NCBI GenBank assembly: GCA_951406725.2
Contig: OX597815.1
Location: forward strand, 64,108,001 to 64,172,000
DNA from: Octopus vulgaris
Taxonomy: Eukaryota
Direction: 5' to 3'
Length of the DNA stretch: 64,000 bases
Shown in pieces: positions 1 through 12,520 of the stretch; position 1 is the stretch's first letter; each line of letters starts with the position of its first letter. The position numbers were made by a program, and so were the translations under genes. A model generated the notes under the pieces. It saw nothing but the letters and a program-made list of their open reading frames with translations. It made no database searches and had not been told where the DNA came from.

Positions 1-141
1 TCGATCCACGTTTTTCAGTCATTTGTTTTGGTTTAGCCGCTTTAATGGAGCACATATTATTATACAAATGCTATAGAATTATACTTATGTATGTATGTAT
101 GTATGTATGTATGTATGTATGTATGCGCATATTCATATATA

Positions 142-408
142 TCTGAGCCGTCACGTGTTTCAATAGAATTGATGAGACATTCTACATCACTTGCAGGCCT
201 AATATGGAAACTAAAAGATGATAGAATAAAATATAGTACTATTTGGTCCGTCATAAAAAACGCGCTTCCATTTCATACTTTGTTGGGGAACGGCCATTTA
301 TGCTCTGAGGAATCCCTGAACATTTTGTTGAGCGATGAGAACTTTGTCAAAAGATTCTCCAATACACTTATAAGATGTAATCACCGACACAAGTACACAT
401 TTTCATGA
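142..408 (+). pseudogene. Penelope-like (Naiad-type) retroelement, C-terminal end of GIY-YIG domain, 5'-truncated
   Basis: Translation RHSTSLAGLIWKLKDDRIKYSTIWSVIK...HLCSEE...RCNHRHKY aligns by eye with the C-terminus of ORF 30853-31824 (KATQLSNHIWSLRDKGVDYNIQWKIL...GLCDME...SCPHVTKF). Confidence 0.7.
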
Positions 409-1103
409 TATCACAGGGACAAGTATCAATTGTGACTCGTTACGGGAACACTGAGACTCGTAGGAGAGAAGTGAGGAATCTATCTTCACACCGGAAACTA
501 GCCAGAATATTTGCAACAGAATGGTCGCTGTTAGGCCACTCAAAGACCAGATATTGATGCTAAACCGAATGATGAGTAACGTCTGCCCCTTAATTGGGCC
601 GGGGCGGGATTTGAACGCAGAATGCAAAGACCCATCACAAATACTGACGCTCGTACAGATTCTCCAGTCCACCGTCCTACTTTTTTAGTGACCCACAAAG
701 GAAGAAACTGTAAATTGTGACCTCGGGGAAATTTGGACACAGAATGTAAAAACAAATACCGCATGAGTTTTCGAAAAATATTCTGCAAACTATAGGTTGT
801 TAAAACGGTAGCAAATTTGATGGAAGGGAAATAGGGAAGATTGGAGTGTGAGATATTTAATAACAAAGCTGTTGTTGTTGTTGTTGTTGATAGTGCTGGT
901 GATGGTGTTGACTGTGTCCAAGAGAGTGTTGGTGGTGGAGGAGGAGACCGTGTCCAAGACAGTGGTGGTGGTGGTGGTCGTCGTCGTCATCGAAGTGACG
1001 GTGACGCAGAGTGTTGATAGTGGTGGTGTAGAGAGTGTTGATAGTGGTAGCTGAGGGAGGGTGGTGAAGGGGATGTTGGTGTTGGAACACTAGCAAGAAT
1101 TAT

Positions 1104-1227
1104 AAAACTTTACAGGAATTCGTTGCATAAAGAAGCATAAAAATTAAACGAAAAACAATATCTTTAAAACTTTACAGGAATTCGTTGCATAAAGAAGCAT
1201 AAAAATTAAACGAAAAACAATATCTTT
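1104..1227. repeat. Perfect 62-bp tandem duplication
   Basis: aaaactttacaggaattcgttgc...aacaatatcttt at 1104-1165 and 1166-1227. Confidence 0.9.
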
Positions 1228-1462
1228 TAGAATTAAGATTTAACGTTGATCATGTGAATTGGTGTGGATGGTATGATATAGCTTTGATAAAAAAAATACC
1301 CGTTTTACAAAATTCTAAATATGTTTGCTCAAACTTGAATTGAGTCACATGAAATTATTATGGAGCAAATTTTCTAGACGTCCAGAATGTTTCAACTTGA
1401 TTAGACAGTACTCAATCAATTTCCAAACAACAAGATGTTTCTATTATTATTAAACAGACGAA

Positions 1463-1860
1463 GGCGGTGGGTTGACAAAATCGTCAGCACGCCGTACAAA
1501 ATGCTTAGCTGCATTTCGTCCGTGTTTGCATTCTGAGATCTAATTCCGCCGACGTTGACTTTACAATTTATCCTTTCTGGGTCGATAAAATCAGTACCAA
1601 TCTAAAACTAGCTCTGTCCCTTCTGCAAAATTTCAGGCCTTGTGTCTTGGTAGAAAGAAATAATTATTCTCGCGTACAAGGCAGCGAGCTGGCAGAATCT
1701 TTAAGCAAGCCACATTATGCTTAGCGACATTTCGTCCGTCTTTACGTTCTGAGTTCAAATCCTGCAGACGTCGACTTTACTTTTCATCCTTTCAGGGATG
1801 ATAAAATAATAATCAGTTGAAGCCCCTTCCTTCAGGACTTGTACCTATCGTAGAAATTAT
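1463..1860 (+). mobile_element. Two degenerate copies of SINE family 1 (starting about 1463 and 1680)
   Basis: Shared core ggcggcgagctggcagaa...gttcaaat(t)cc...gtcgactttgcctttcatcctttc(g)gggtcgataaa, also present at 2653-2868 and 57796-57983. Confidence 0.75.
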
Positions 1861-2499
1861 TATTATTAATATTAGACTGGCAGATATTTCAAGAAAATTG
1901 CTGACAGGGATTTTAAGAACATTTGTAAATGCGAATGATTTTAGATATTTTGAGAAGTCTGTTAGTACTATGTGCAAATATGATCTACTTTGGTCTAATT
2001 TTAGGACTACTCTGGATTTCCTCTAGGATCACATTGGTCCAAAATATACAAGGTATTCAGTGAAATGTTACAAAAGAAAATAGGAATTTTTCCACATTTT
2101 CTCTAGAGTAATCTATCCGATGGTTTAACAACTCTACAACTTCGTCATTTGGTTGTCTTATACATATATATACATACATGCACACACACATTCATACATA
2201 AATACATACATACATACATACATACATACATACACACACACATACATACATACATAAATACATACAGACAGACAGACATACAGACACACACACACACACT
2301 TGTAAATATAGTATGAGTGTGCAATAACATTTTGTAAGCAAACTTTATTTGGACGCGTCGAATGTTTCATATTTAACAGATGGCTGTCTACTGGCAGCTT
2401 TTTCCGTCTTATAAAGATGGAATAACCAATCTTTCTGCTGTTTTCACGGCTCTACTGTGTTCGAGTATGTGTCTGTGTATATACATATATACATACATG

Positions 2500-2543
<44 letters not shown>

Positions 2544-2652
2544 CAGGGAGAGAGAGAGAGATTTGATACATATATATTACATATATATTACACATCCTCA
2601 CACACATATCTATCTATTTATCAATCTATCTCTCTCTCTCTATATATATATA

Positions 2653-2868
2653 TTTCTTTACTACCCACAAGGGGCTAAACATAGAGGGGACAAACAAAGG
2701 GATTAAGTTGATTACATTAATCCCAGTGCGTAACTGGTACTTAATTTATCGACCCCGAAAGGATGAAAGGCAAAGTCGACCTCGACGGAATTTGAACTCA
2801 GAACGTAACGAGAGACGAAATACCGCTAAGCATTTCGTCCAGCGCGCTAACGCTTCTGCCAGCTCGCC
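2653..2868 (-). mobile_element. SINE family 1 copy
   Basis: Reverse complement of the 1463/1680 copies; B-box-like gagttcaaattcc; flanked by (TA)n. Confidence 0.8.
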
Positions 2869-2998
2869 TATATATATATATATATATATATAGTATGTGT
2901 GTGTGTGTGCGTGTGTACTCACATAGAATATTAGTTAAGATGAGTCTAAATCTTGTTTAGAGAACACTTGTGAAGTATTCAACAAGAATTTTGGAAAA

Positions 2999-3043
<45 letters not shown>

Positions 3044-3085
3044 GCATATGTACATACCTACATATATATGTACATATAAATATAA

Positions 3086-3142
<57 letters not shown>

Positions 3143-3161
3143 CATATACATATATATATAT

Positions 3162-3220
<59 letters not shown>

Positions 3221-3224
<4 letters not shown>

Positions 3225-4827
3225 TGCGACTAAAATGTTCAGAACGGCATTGTTTTCGTCAGAAAAGTAGGTTTAAGTTTTTATCAAAGTTGTTTTATAT
3301 TCTATAATTTTTACAGACAATAAATACAATATTAGTTGTTATTGTCTGAGATTTTAGTGTAATTTAAGAGGATAATACAAAAGTTAGGGATGATTTAGTG
3401 ATTTACTGCAAAACCCATGGCGGCCAAAATGATCAGAACGACTGAAAAAAATAACAAAATAATCAAAAATGACAGAGAATACTGGAATTATTTAATATTT
3501 AGTTTGAAGCCCTTTAGTTTCAATCACACTTTGACATATTCGGCTGCATGAGGAAATTATATTTTGAATTTCTTCCTGGGTGATCGTATTCCATTCTGCT
3601 CGGTTGTTTTAGGATTTCTAGCTTTCAAACGTTCTCCTAGAATATTCCACACATTTTCAATAGGATTGAGATCTGGGCTTTGAGCAGGCCAATCCATAAC
3701 AATAACCTTTTCAGCCTTGAGGAAGTTCATGACCACCTTAGCCTTGTGACATGGGGCATTGTCCTGCATGAATATGGGAGGTCGCTTGGTTGAATTTCTC
3801 AGCACAGGCAAGACATAATCTTTTACAAGTTGTTTATAAACTCCTGCATTTACCTTTCCATGTAATCGCACCAAAGGGCCCACACCATCTCCAGATATCA
3901 TCCGCCAAACCATGACATTTCTTCCACCGAATTTAACACTAGTCTTAAGGCATTTAGGCGACAATTTTTCACCTACTTTTCGACGAACGTACATTTTCCC
4001 ATCTGAGCCAAATAACATAAACTTAGATTCATCACTGAAATGCAACGTTTGCCATTTTTCTTGTGACCACAACACATGTTCGGTAGCAAAGGTAAGACAA
4101 CACTTTTTATTCTTGGAGCTGATCAGTGGTTTCACTGCGGGTGCTCTTGCTTGTAGGTCATGTTCAACTAAACGACGAGACACAGTTTTTCGAGATAAAG
4201 TTTTCTTCAGTACAATGTTCATTTCCCGAGAAACAGCAGCAGCAGTTTTAAATCTGTCCTTCTTAACCAACTTTACCATACCACGATCTTCTCTCTTGGT
4301 CGTTTTTCTTGGCATACCTGTAGACTTTCTAGCTTCACACGAGCCACAATCATCGTAGACCTTAAGAATATCGTGAACAACACTTTTTGACTTGTTAGCA
4401 ATCTTTGCAATAGCCCCAATACTTAAATTATCCTTCTTTCGAAGCTTAATAATCTGCTGACGAATTGGTAACAGAGTAAGTGGCATTATATTAACAAAGT
4501 ACACTGCAGATATTCTTACTAATGCTTAGTAAACGAACCGTCACGTAAACAAATTCGAAACATTAGAGTTCGCCGGTTAAATATACTAAAACACGGAGTA
4601 AAAGCAACCGTTCTGATCATTTTGGCCGCCATGGGTTTTGCAGTAAATCACTAAATCATCCATAACTTTTGTATTGTCCTCTCAAATTACACCAAAATCT
4701 CAGACAATAACAAATAATATAGTATTTATTGTCTGTGAAAATTATAGAAAATAAAACAACTTTGATAAAAAATTTACCTACTTTTCTGACGAAAACAATG
4801 CCGTTCTGAACATATTGGCCGCAACTG
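3221..4827 (-). mobile_element. Tc1-family DNA transposon with about 220-bp IR/DR terminal inverted repeats
   Basis: TIRs 3221-3441 and 4609-4827 (CAATTGCG... / ...CGCAACTG), TA on both sides; the motif aaaatg(t/a)tcagaacg occurs at both ends of each TIR. Confidence 0.95.
3557..4486 (-). CDS. Tc1 transposase (DD34E); C-terminus apparently altered by an indel
   Basis: N-terminal HTH region, FSDESKF, QDNAPCH, WPAQSPDLNPIENVW; 34 residues between the second D and E. First ATG gives MPLTLLP. The reading diverges after NPKTTEQ. Confidence 0.88.
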   Translation of the reverse strand: MPLTLLPIRQQIIKLRKKDNLSIGAIAKIANKSKSVVHDILKVYDDCGSCEARKSTGMPRKTTKREDRGMVKLVKKDRFKTAAAVSREMNIVLKKTLSRKTVSRRLVEHDLQARAPAVKPLISSKNKKCCLTFATEHVLWSQEKWQTLHFSDESKFMLFGSDGKMYVRRKVGEKLSPKCLKTSVKFGGRNVMVWRMISGDGVGPLVRLHGKVNAGVYKQLVKDYVLPVLRNSTKRPPIFMQDNAPCHKAKVVMNFLKAEKVIVMDWPAQSPDLNPIENVWNILGERLKARNPKTTEQNGIRSPRKKFKI

Positions 4828-4847
4828 TATATATATATACATACATA

Positions 4848-5058
4848 CAGAGTGCGGCAGAAATACCTCCCACATTTTAAACTTTCACTTATGTGTTGCT
4901 AATGAACTTATGGAAGTGCCAATGATGTTTTCATTTAGCTAATGAACAAAAACTGTAACCCTTTGTTTAAAAAACAGCAAAATTAATTTTTTATAAATGT
5001 TGATTCGTTTTCCTTTTGTCAACCTTTAAAATGTGGGAGGTATTTCTGTCGCACCCTG
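4848..5058. mobile_element. Tc1/mariner-type MITE
   Basis: About 34-bp TIRs cagagtgcggcagaaatacctcccacattttaaa / tttaaaatgtgggaggtatttctgtcgcaccctg; TA at left flank. Confidence 0.8.
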
Positions 5059-5069
5059 TGTTTATATAT

Positions 5070-5113
<44 letters not shown>

Positions 5114-5114
5114 G

Positions 5115-5189
<75 letters not shown>

Positions 5190-5272
5190 TTATATATATA
5201 CATATTAGGTGAATATATCACGAGTATTCTCAAAACAAATTTATACCGATTTTAACTAATATTCTATGTGAG

Positions 5273-5330
<58 letters not shown>

Positions 5331-5837
5331 AGGGGGAGAGAAAGAAAGAACGAGGGAGAGTGTGAGAGAACAAAAATATATTAAATCGTGTGTATGTATT
5401 GTGTACGCAGAAAGGAAAAAAAAACATGGAATTTTGCATTTCACTTTAATAATAAACTTTATATTAACGAGAATAAAATTAAAAACCACAGACCAACAAA
5501 AGAAATAAGAAAAGCATGAAAAAAATGTTTAAAAAATACGATTTCTGTCATATAATGTCGATTGTGTTTTAGAAGAAACGCACCGGATGAAGAATGGAAG
5601 AATCTGTAAGTTTGATCTCTTCGATAAAAATATGGAACGATAGAATTTGTATCTGAACCAAATCTCAAAGATATTCTCATTAAATATCTTCATAAATATC
5701 AACGCATAGGAATGATTACTAATACAAGCATATATTTATCCTATACATATTGAGATTAGTGTATGCGCACATGCATATACATATACATATACGCACACAC
5801 ACATACACACACATATTAATATGTGTGTTTGTATATA

Positions 5838-5880
<43 letters not shown>

Positions 5881-7060
5881 TACATCTCTCTCTCTGTACA
5901 CATGTAAATATATATATGTAGACGTGTATATATATGCGTGTATACACACACACATATTATTTATATATAAAGAACAATCGAAAAGTACTCAATAATGCAG
6001 TAGCGCACAGCTATTGTTTTTTTCATGAAGCCTCAAAACAATTAGACCTTCATATTGGTCTCTAATAAAAATAAAATTTTTAAAAACTTGCCTCCATTCA
6101 ATATGGGAACGCGACTTCACTGTTTCATTGGTTAACACAAACCACATGTGTCACTCGTAACTGTTGGTAATTCAAAACGGATTAACACCGTATTTGTGTG
6201 AAGAGGACAAAAATCGTGTTTTCACAGATAAAATATGTTTGACTTAAATTTTGAAACTGTTTTCTTGCTGATCTTTGCACCATATAATGTTTATAAGAAT
6301 ATGTTTCCAGTAGAGATGAACGCAAATGTAATTGGCTTATTGATAGGAACAAAAGTTTAGATTAGATTCTTGCATAGTTTTACGTGTCGAATATCGTGGC
6401 GTTATATGTTGCTTATAGATTCAAAATTCGCTAAGAGAGAATTGTTTCGTTGTTTGGTATTTGTATGTCTTTGCCCGGGGAAAGAACAAGGTTCCTTCAT
6501 TCTTGTTTAAGACGTGTCCCGACTGATTGATGACTTTCAGCTTTTCGGATACATATTTGACAATGGATGCAGCACGTTTTGTTCGACTTCGCATGTAAAC
6601 AAAACTTCGTTTTGTTGTGAGCATGCTTTCTACTGTCCTTTAAAAACAAAATACTTTTGGAAATGAATGTACAGTTAGACCTTTGTCTCGATCTCAAGGC
6701 ATACGTATGATGTACAAATTGACTTTTAAAGGTATTTTTGGTTAAACATCTGATTTGTACTGTTAATCGATTATACAAGTTCTATATCAACAACTACTTT
6801 TGCTCGCATACATTTCTGCCAAAATTATAAATGTGTGACCCAGTATATATATATATATATATATATACAGGATCACACATAGTTTTCTTCTTCTTCTTCC
6901 CTACCAAGAATTCACAATGACCTCGAACCCACAAGAGTAAACAAGACAGACAGAGACAGGCAGAAACAAGGAAAATGCCCCTTGTATTGGAATACTATGC
7001 AAATATTCTTTTAAAAAAACTCTTCTTTTAATTTTTCCAAAATGTAATTGTTTTCCATAC

Positions 7061-7103
7061 TTACAGTTGAAAAAGTCTCAAATGACTGAAACCGGTACTG
7101 AAA
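7061..7103 (+). ncRNA. Degenerate minimal type-I hammerhead ribozyme relic
   Basis: cag-TTGAAAA-agtc(tcaaat)gact-GAAA-ccgg-TA-ctg; palindromic stem III (accggt); core has two changes from CUGAnGA. Confidence 0.5.
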
Positions 7104-7167
7104 TGTTTTTTATAAAATTATTTTAGCATTTTATACCTTGACTTTTATTCCATATATATATATATAT

Positions 7168-7510
7168 ATGTAGGACAAGATGTAGGACAAGATACTGTGA
7201 TAGCCTGGGCTTCAGAGGCCCACAGCTCTTCAATATTCTCCCGAAGAACCTGAGAGACCTGCATGGGGTAGGTGCAGATGTCTTTAAAATAAAACTGGAC
7301 CTCTTCCTGTCAGGTGTCCCAGATGAACCAACTTCACGGCAGGAGGTGCAGATGAGGGCAGCTGCATCGAACTCTCTCATGCACCAAATGGCAATTGCTA
7401 AGAAGCATTCGTGAAGTAAAATCATGTAGCAACACCAAATGGCGGTGCCCCAGCATGGCCACAGCTCGTGAGCTGAAACTAGATAAAATAAAATAAAAAT
7501 AAAAATAAAT
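7168..7510 (+). mobile_element. 3' fragment of the same CR1-type LINE as 13475-15835
   Basis: Near-identical to 15503-15835, including the (AAAAT)n tail; short gtaggacaagat duplication at the 5' junction. Confidence 0.9.
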
Positions 7511-7555
7511 TTTAAAAAATAAATAAATATATATATATGTATATATGCATGTATG

Positions 7556-7603
<48 letters not shown>

Positions 7604-7871
7604 TTTAAAAATTGAGGGAGATAAATTAATATTAATTTTAATATCAATTTAAAACCAGTAGTCCAGCATTCAAAAAATCTGAGGAGTCAGAGAAAATTCA
7701 AATATATGTGTATATTGGCAGGGCTGGCCTGCTAGGTAGCCGGCCAGAATGCTAGAAATAGATCATAAACGATCAAACTACAAGGGAAATTCTCTAGAGG
7801 AAGAATTCAGCGAACACCAGAACCAAATTTGGCGGGCAGGACATATGAAAAATTAAATAAAAAACAGACTT

Positions 7872-7949
7872 AAATGCATACCTCGGTTTCGGTCTTAACA
7901 AAAGAATTACTTGCATAATTCAAGTGTCCGTGACTTCTTCAGTACATTC
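7872..7949 (-). ncRNA. Type-I hammerhead ribozyme (family A), left arm
   Basis: Reverse complement of 8184-8261. Confidence 0.75.
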
Positions 7950-8183
7950 GGTCCTCGAGATGCAAACCGCAAGACTAACCCCAGCTCTCTGTGTCAAGAC
8001 AGACACGTGCTTAGTCTTACCCGCAGTGAATTATTCACTGCAGCCCTTCGCTTCAGGAGTTTCTTAGCGCGCCGGAACCAAGACATTTGAAATTTTATTC
8101 CCGATGTAATCAGTAAGACTAAGCACGTGTCTGTCTTGACACAGAGAGTTGGGGTTAGTCTTGCGGTTTGCATCTCGAGGACC

Positions 8184-8261
8184 GAATGTACTGAAGAAGT
8201 CACGGACACTTGAATTATGCAAGTAATTCTTTTGTTAAGACCGAAACCGAGGTATGCATTT
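8184..8261 (+). ncRNA. Type-I hammerhead ribozyme (family A)
   Basis: Stem I gaatgta/tgcattt; CTGAAGA; stem II gtc...gac with long insert (first pair A-C); GAAA; stem III ac-cgag-gt; cleavage triplet GUA. Confidence 0.75.
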
Positions 8262-8421
8262 AAGTCTGTTTTTTATTTAATTTTTCATATGTCCTGCCCG
8301 CCAAATTTGGTTCTGGTGTTCGCTGAATTCTTCCTCTAGAGAATTTCCCTTGTAGTTTGATCGTTTATGATCTATTTCTAGCATTCTGGCCGGCTACCTA
8401 GCAGGCCAGCCCTGCCAATAT

Positions 8422-8500
<79 letters not shown>

Positions 8501-8656
8501 AAATAAATATAAGAGAGTGGTCACTATATTGCTCACTCTAGCACCAGTTAATCCAAAAGGTTTCAACCACGAAAATACATGTTTCCCATGAAAGTCAGTA
8601 CGATTGTTAGCTCACACGGACAGGGCAAATAAAAAATAACAAAAATACAGATTATT

Positions 8657-8734
8657 TTGGGACAATTGTTTCGCTATTAATGAATTAAATGTAATTTTAC
8701 TTACAAAAAAATCCATTTGTAGCTCGTCAGCCAA
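8657..8734 (-). ncRNA. Type-I hammerhead ribozyme (family B), copy 1
   Basis: Reverse complement of 9871-9948. Confidence 0.85.
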
Positions 8735-9191
8735 GACTATCTGGATGAAATCCACTCAATCACACGCCAGATTTTACCATAACGATAAATACGCGTGTGG
8801 TTCAATTGATTACATCCGACGTTATAATTCAAATGCCCCAACCAACAGTGCGCCAAACTCTCACGGAAAACAAATACAGCATTTAGAAATAAATGCAGCA
8901 TAATTATAATTAATTAATAAGGGTGAGAGAATTAGATACTAATTTAATAGTATATTTATTCAACACCAAGTGGCCTAGTGCTACGAGAAACCTGGATTAT
9001 TATAATATTTTATAACATATTATAATATTTTTACAAAATAAATATAAGAGAGTGGTCACTATATTGCTCACTCTAGCACCAGTTAATCCAAAAGGTTTCA
9101 ACCACGAAAATACATGTTTCCCATGAAAGTCAGTACGATTGTTAGCTCACACGGACAGGGCAAATAAAAAATAACAAAAATACAGATTATT

Positions 9192-9269
9192 TTGGGACAA
9201 TTGTTTCGCTATTAATGAATTAAATGTAATTTTACTTACAAAAAAATCCATTTGTAGCTCGTCAGCCAA
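9192..9269 (-). ncRNA. Type-I hammerhead ribozyme (family B), copy 2
   Basis: Same motif, 535 bp from copy 1. Confidence 0.85.
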
Positions 9270-9870
9270 GACTATCTGGATGAAATCCACTCAATCACAC
9301 GCCAGATTTTACCATAACGATAAATACGCGTGTGGTTCAATTGATTACATCCGACGTTATAATTCAAATGCCCCAACCAACAGCGCGCCAAACTCTCACG
9401 GAAAACAAATACAGCATTTAGAAATAAATGCAGCATAATTATAATTAATTAATAAGGGTGAGAGAATTAGATACTAATTTAATAGTATATTTATTCAACA
9501 CCAAGTGGCCTAGTGCTACGAGAAACCTGGATTATTATAATATTTTATAACATATTATAATATTTTTACAAAATAAATATAAGAGAGTGGTCACTATATT
9601 GCTCACTCTAGCACCAGTTAATCCAAAAGGTTTCATTGGTGTTGAATAAATATACTATTAAATTAGTATCTAATTCTCTCACCCTTATTAATTAATTATA
9701 ATTATGCTGCATTTATTTCTAAATGCTGTATTTGTTTTCCGTGAGAGTTTGGCGCGCTGTTGGTTGGGGCATTTGAATTATAACGTCGGATGTAATCAAT
9801 TGAACCACACGCGTATTTATCGTTATGGTAAAATCTGGCGTGTGATTGAGTGGATTTCATCCAGATAGTC

Positions 9871-9948
9871 TTGGCTGACGAGCTACAAATGGATTTTTTT
9901 GTAAGTAAAATTACATTTAATTCATTAATAGCGAAACAATTGTCCCAA
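9871..9948 (+). ncRNA. Type-I hammerhead ribozyme (family B), copy 3
   Basis: Stem I ttgg/ccaa; CTGACGA; stem II gcta...tagc; GAAA; palindromic stem III acaattgt; cleavage triplet GUC (C at 9944). Canonical core. Confidence 0.87.
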
Positions 9949-10231
9949 AATAATCTGTATTTTTGTTATTTTTTATTTGCCCTGTCCGTGTGAGCTAACA
10001 ATCGTACTGACTTTCATGGGAAACATGTATTTTCGTGGTTGAAACCTTTTGGATTAACTGGTGCTAGAGTGAGCAATATAGTGACCACTCTCTTATATTT
10101 ATTTTGTAAAAATATTATAATATGTTATAAAATATTATAATAATCCAGGTTTCTCGTAGCACTAGGCCACTTGGTGTTGAATAAATATACTATTAAATTA
10201 GTATCTAATTCTCTCACCCTTATTAATTAAT

Positions 10232-10333
<102 letters not shown>

Positions 10334-10483
10334 TATATACACGACGGCCATCTTTGAGTTTCCGTCTACCACATTCACTTAGTTAAGTGGGTCTGGTCAA
10401 CCCGAGGCTAAAGTGAAAGTAGCTCACCCAAGGTGCCAAGCAGTTGGACTGAACTCGGAACCGTGTATATATATATATATATC

Positions 10484-11283
10484 TTCTGTTGTGTCTGGGG
10501 AGAGTCATTCTCTTTTAGTGCCTTATAATTGAACACACTCACCGGTAAAATTTCCGCTCATTTACTTATTTATTTTTCTAAAATTTTCGTTGAGTCTTGC
10601 AACTTTTCAACAGTTGTTAACTCAGTCCGTTATCTGAGCTGCGTTCTTTTTGCTTGTTTGTGCGCATGTGTGTGGGTCACTGCGTGTGCTTGCATGCACA
10701 TGTGTGTAAGTATGTATGTATGTATGTATGTATGTATGTATGTATGTATGTATACATGTATGTATGTTTGTATGTATGTATGCATGCATTCAGGTAAGTG
10801 TGTGTATGCACGGATGTGTTAGTGTGCGTATGTATATATGTATGTCTGTACATTTGTATGTATGTACTCAGCATATTCAGGTGTTTGTATGTTTGTGTGT
10901 TCGTGTTTGTGTGTTTTTATGTGCGTGTGTGTGTTTGCATGTGTGCGTGCGTGTACCTCTGTCTCCTTGTGTATGCATGTTTGAGTGTGTGTGGAGGGTG
11001 TATATCATACGCACACATAATGCCTACACACACTTACATGCATCCACCCATACATATATACGTACATTTGTATGCGCACACACACTGACCCACACACATG
11101 CGCACAAAGAAACAAAAAGAACGCAGTGTGAATAACGGACAGAGTCAACAACTGTTGAAAAGGTTGCAAGACGCAATGAAAATTTTAGAAAAATAAATAA
11201 GTAAATGAGTGGAAACTTTACCGGTGAGTGTGTTAAATTATAAGGCACTAAATAAGAATGACTCTCCCCTGACACAACAGAAT
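10484..11283. mobile_element. Foldback or long-TIR non-autonomous element with microsatellite-like interior
   Basis: About 205-bp imperfect inverted arms, 10484-10690 and 11076-11283 (ttctgttgtgtctggggagagtcattc / gaatgactctcccctgacacaacagaa). Confidence 0.75.
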
Positions 11284-11369
11284 ATGCTTCAACACACGAA
11301 CTCACATAAAGAATCTTGCAAACCAAATCCAAAAGCGAAATATATATAGATATATATATATATATATAG

Positions 11370-11652
11370 TGGACTTTCTCATCGAAGACGATGTATGAGC
11401 GTTCAGAACGACCAGCACAACTGATTTGTTTGTAGTGATCAAATCTATGTACTGTACATTAGCTCACTCTCTCCATCAAATCAACATTGTCTGAACTGAT
11501 TCACGGTGTACTGCACGTCAGATGTCGAAATGATCACAGGGCAACATGAGATGAAGAGTTTTTCTCAAGAACACAACGCTCCATCCGGGATAGGAATTGA
11601 ACTCACGACGGCTAGATCATGAGTGCAACACCCTAACCAATAGACCATGCGC
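11370..11652 (-). mobile_element. tRNA-derived SINE (degenerate)
   Basis: Minus strand begins gcgcatggtctattggttagggtgttgcactcatgatc...gtgagttcaattcc (A- and B-box-like). Confidence 0.6.
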
Positions 11653-11691
11653 TGTCACTCATCTGTGTGTATATATAAATATATAGAAGTG

Positions 11692-11745
<54 letters not shown>

Positions 11746-12480
11746 CTTAAGGTGACACGCTCTACGCGTGGGTAAGAGTGTGGTTGTTACTTTCTGTTGC
11801 TTCCTTTCTGTTTTTTATCACCACATTCTCCCTCTTTGTTTCTCTCTCCTTTCTCTCTCACATTCCCACTCTCTTACTGTTCCTTTCTCTCGGACTCTCC
11901 CCCGCTTTCTCTTACTCTCTATCTTTCTCTATCTATCTATCTCCCATTTATAAACAACAAAAGATCTTGAGTAAGTTAAGAAAGGAAATATTTTGAAAGA
12001 TCAATCATAAATATCAGGCAGTGACAACGGAAAGGTCTGCTTCAAAGCAGCCGGCGAAACACTAACATTTAAAAGGGACAGACGAACTTGCGAGCTGAAT
12101 AAAAAAAAATTTGGAAACCAAAGTTTGAAGGGATAGAATCTGAAGATAGTAGAGTCACCATGGCTGGCATTTCTTAACGATGGACAGCAACGCAGTGGCA
12201 GTTTAACGGCTGGCGTAAAATTTTGAACTTGATGTAAAAGAAAGTTCCTAAACAAATTCCTGTAAATTTTAATCCCCTTCCAGCCCAATTCAGACCCTTT
12301 TCACATTTTGATTAACATAACCCGATTTCATTCGGGTCTACTCGGGCCATATTTTATAAGATGGGAAATTTTGTCCTAGAGGTCACGCTTTTCCTTTGAG
12401 GGAAAGAATAGTTGCCATGCAAACTCGCTAGCACTTTTAACATAGGCGTGCATATTTTCAGCTCAACCGACCACATAATG

Positions 12481-12520
<40 letters not shown>

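Larger units (their letters stand above)
7711..8422. mobile_element. 310-bp near-perfect inverted repeat (7711-8020 / 8113-8422) with 92-bp spacer; inverted pLTR-like Penelope derivative
   Basis: Arms are reverse complements with one mismatch seen; each arm has an HHR; TA-rich flanks. Confidence 0.8.

Noticed and set aside
560-620. Possible HHR downstream of the first Penelope fragment (aatgatgag...gcccttaattgggc)
   Set aside because: No matching GAAA, stem III or stem I found.
5960-6845. Possible DNA transposon relic
   Set aside because: No paired TIR or recognisable transposase motif.
9704-9868. 54-codon ORF (MLHLFLNAVF...ISSR) in the 535-bp unit
   Set aside because: Short with no recognisable motif; likely chance.
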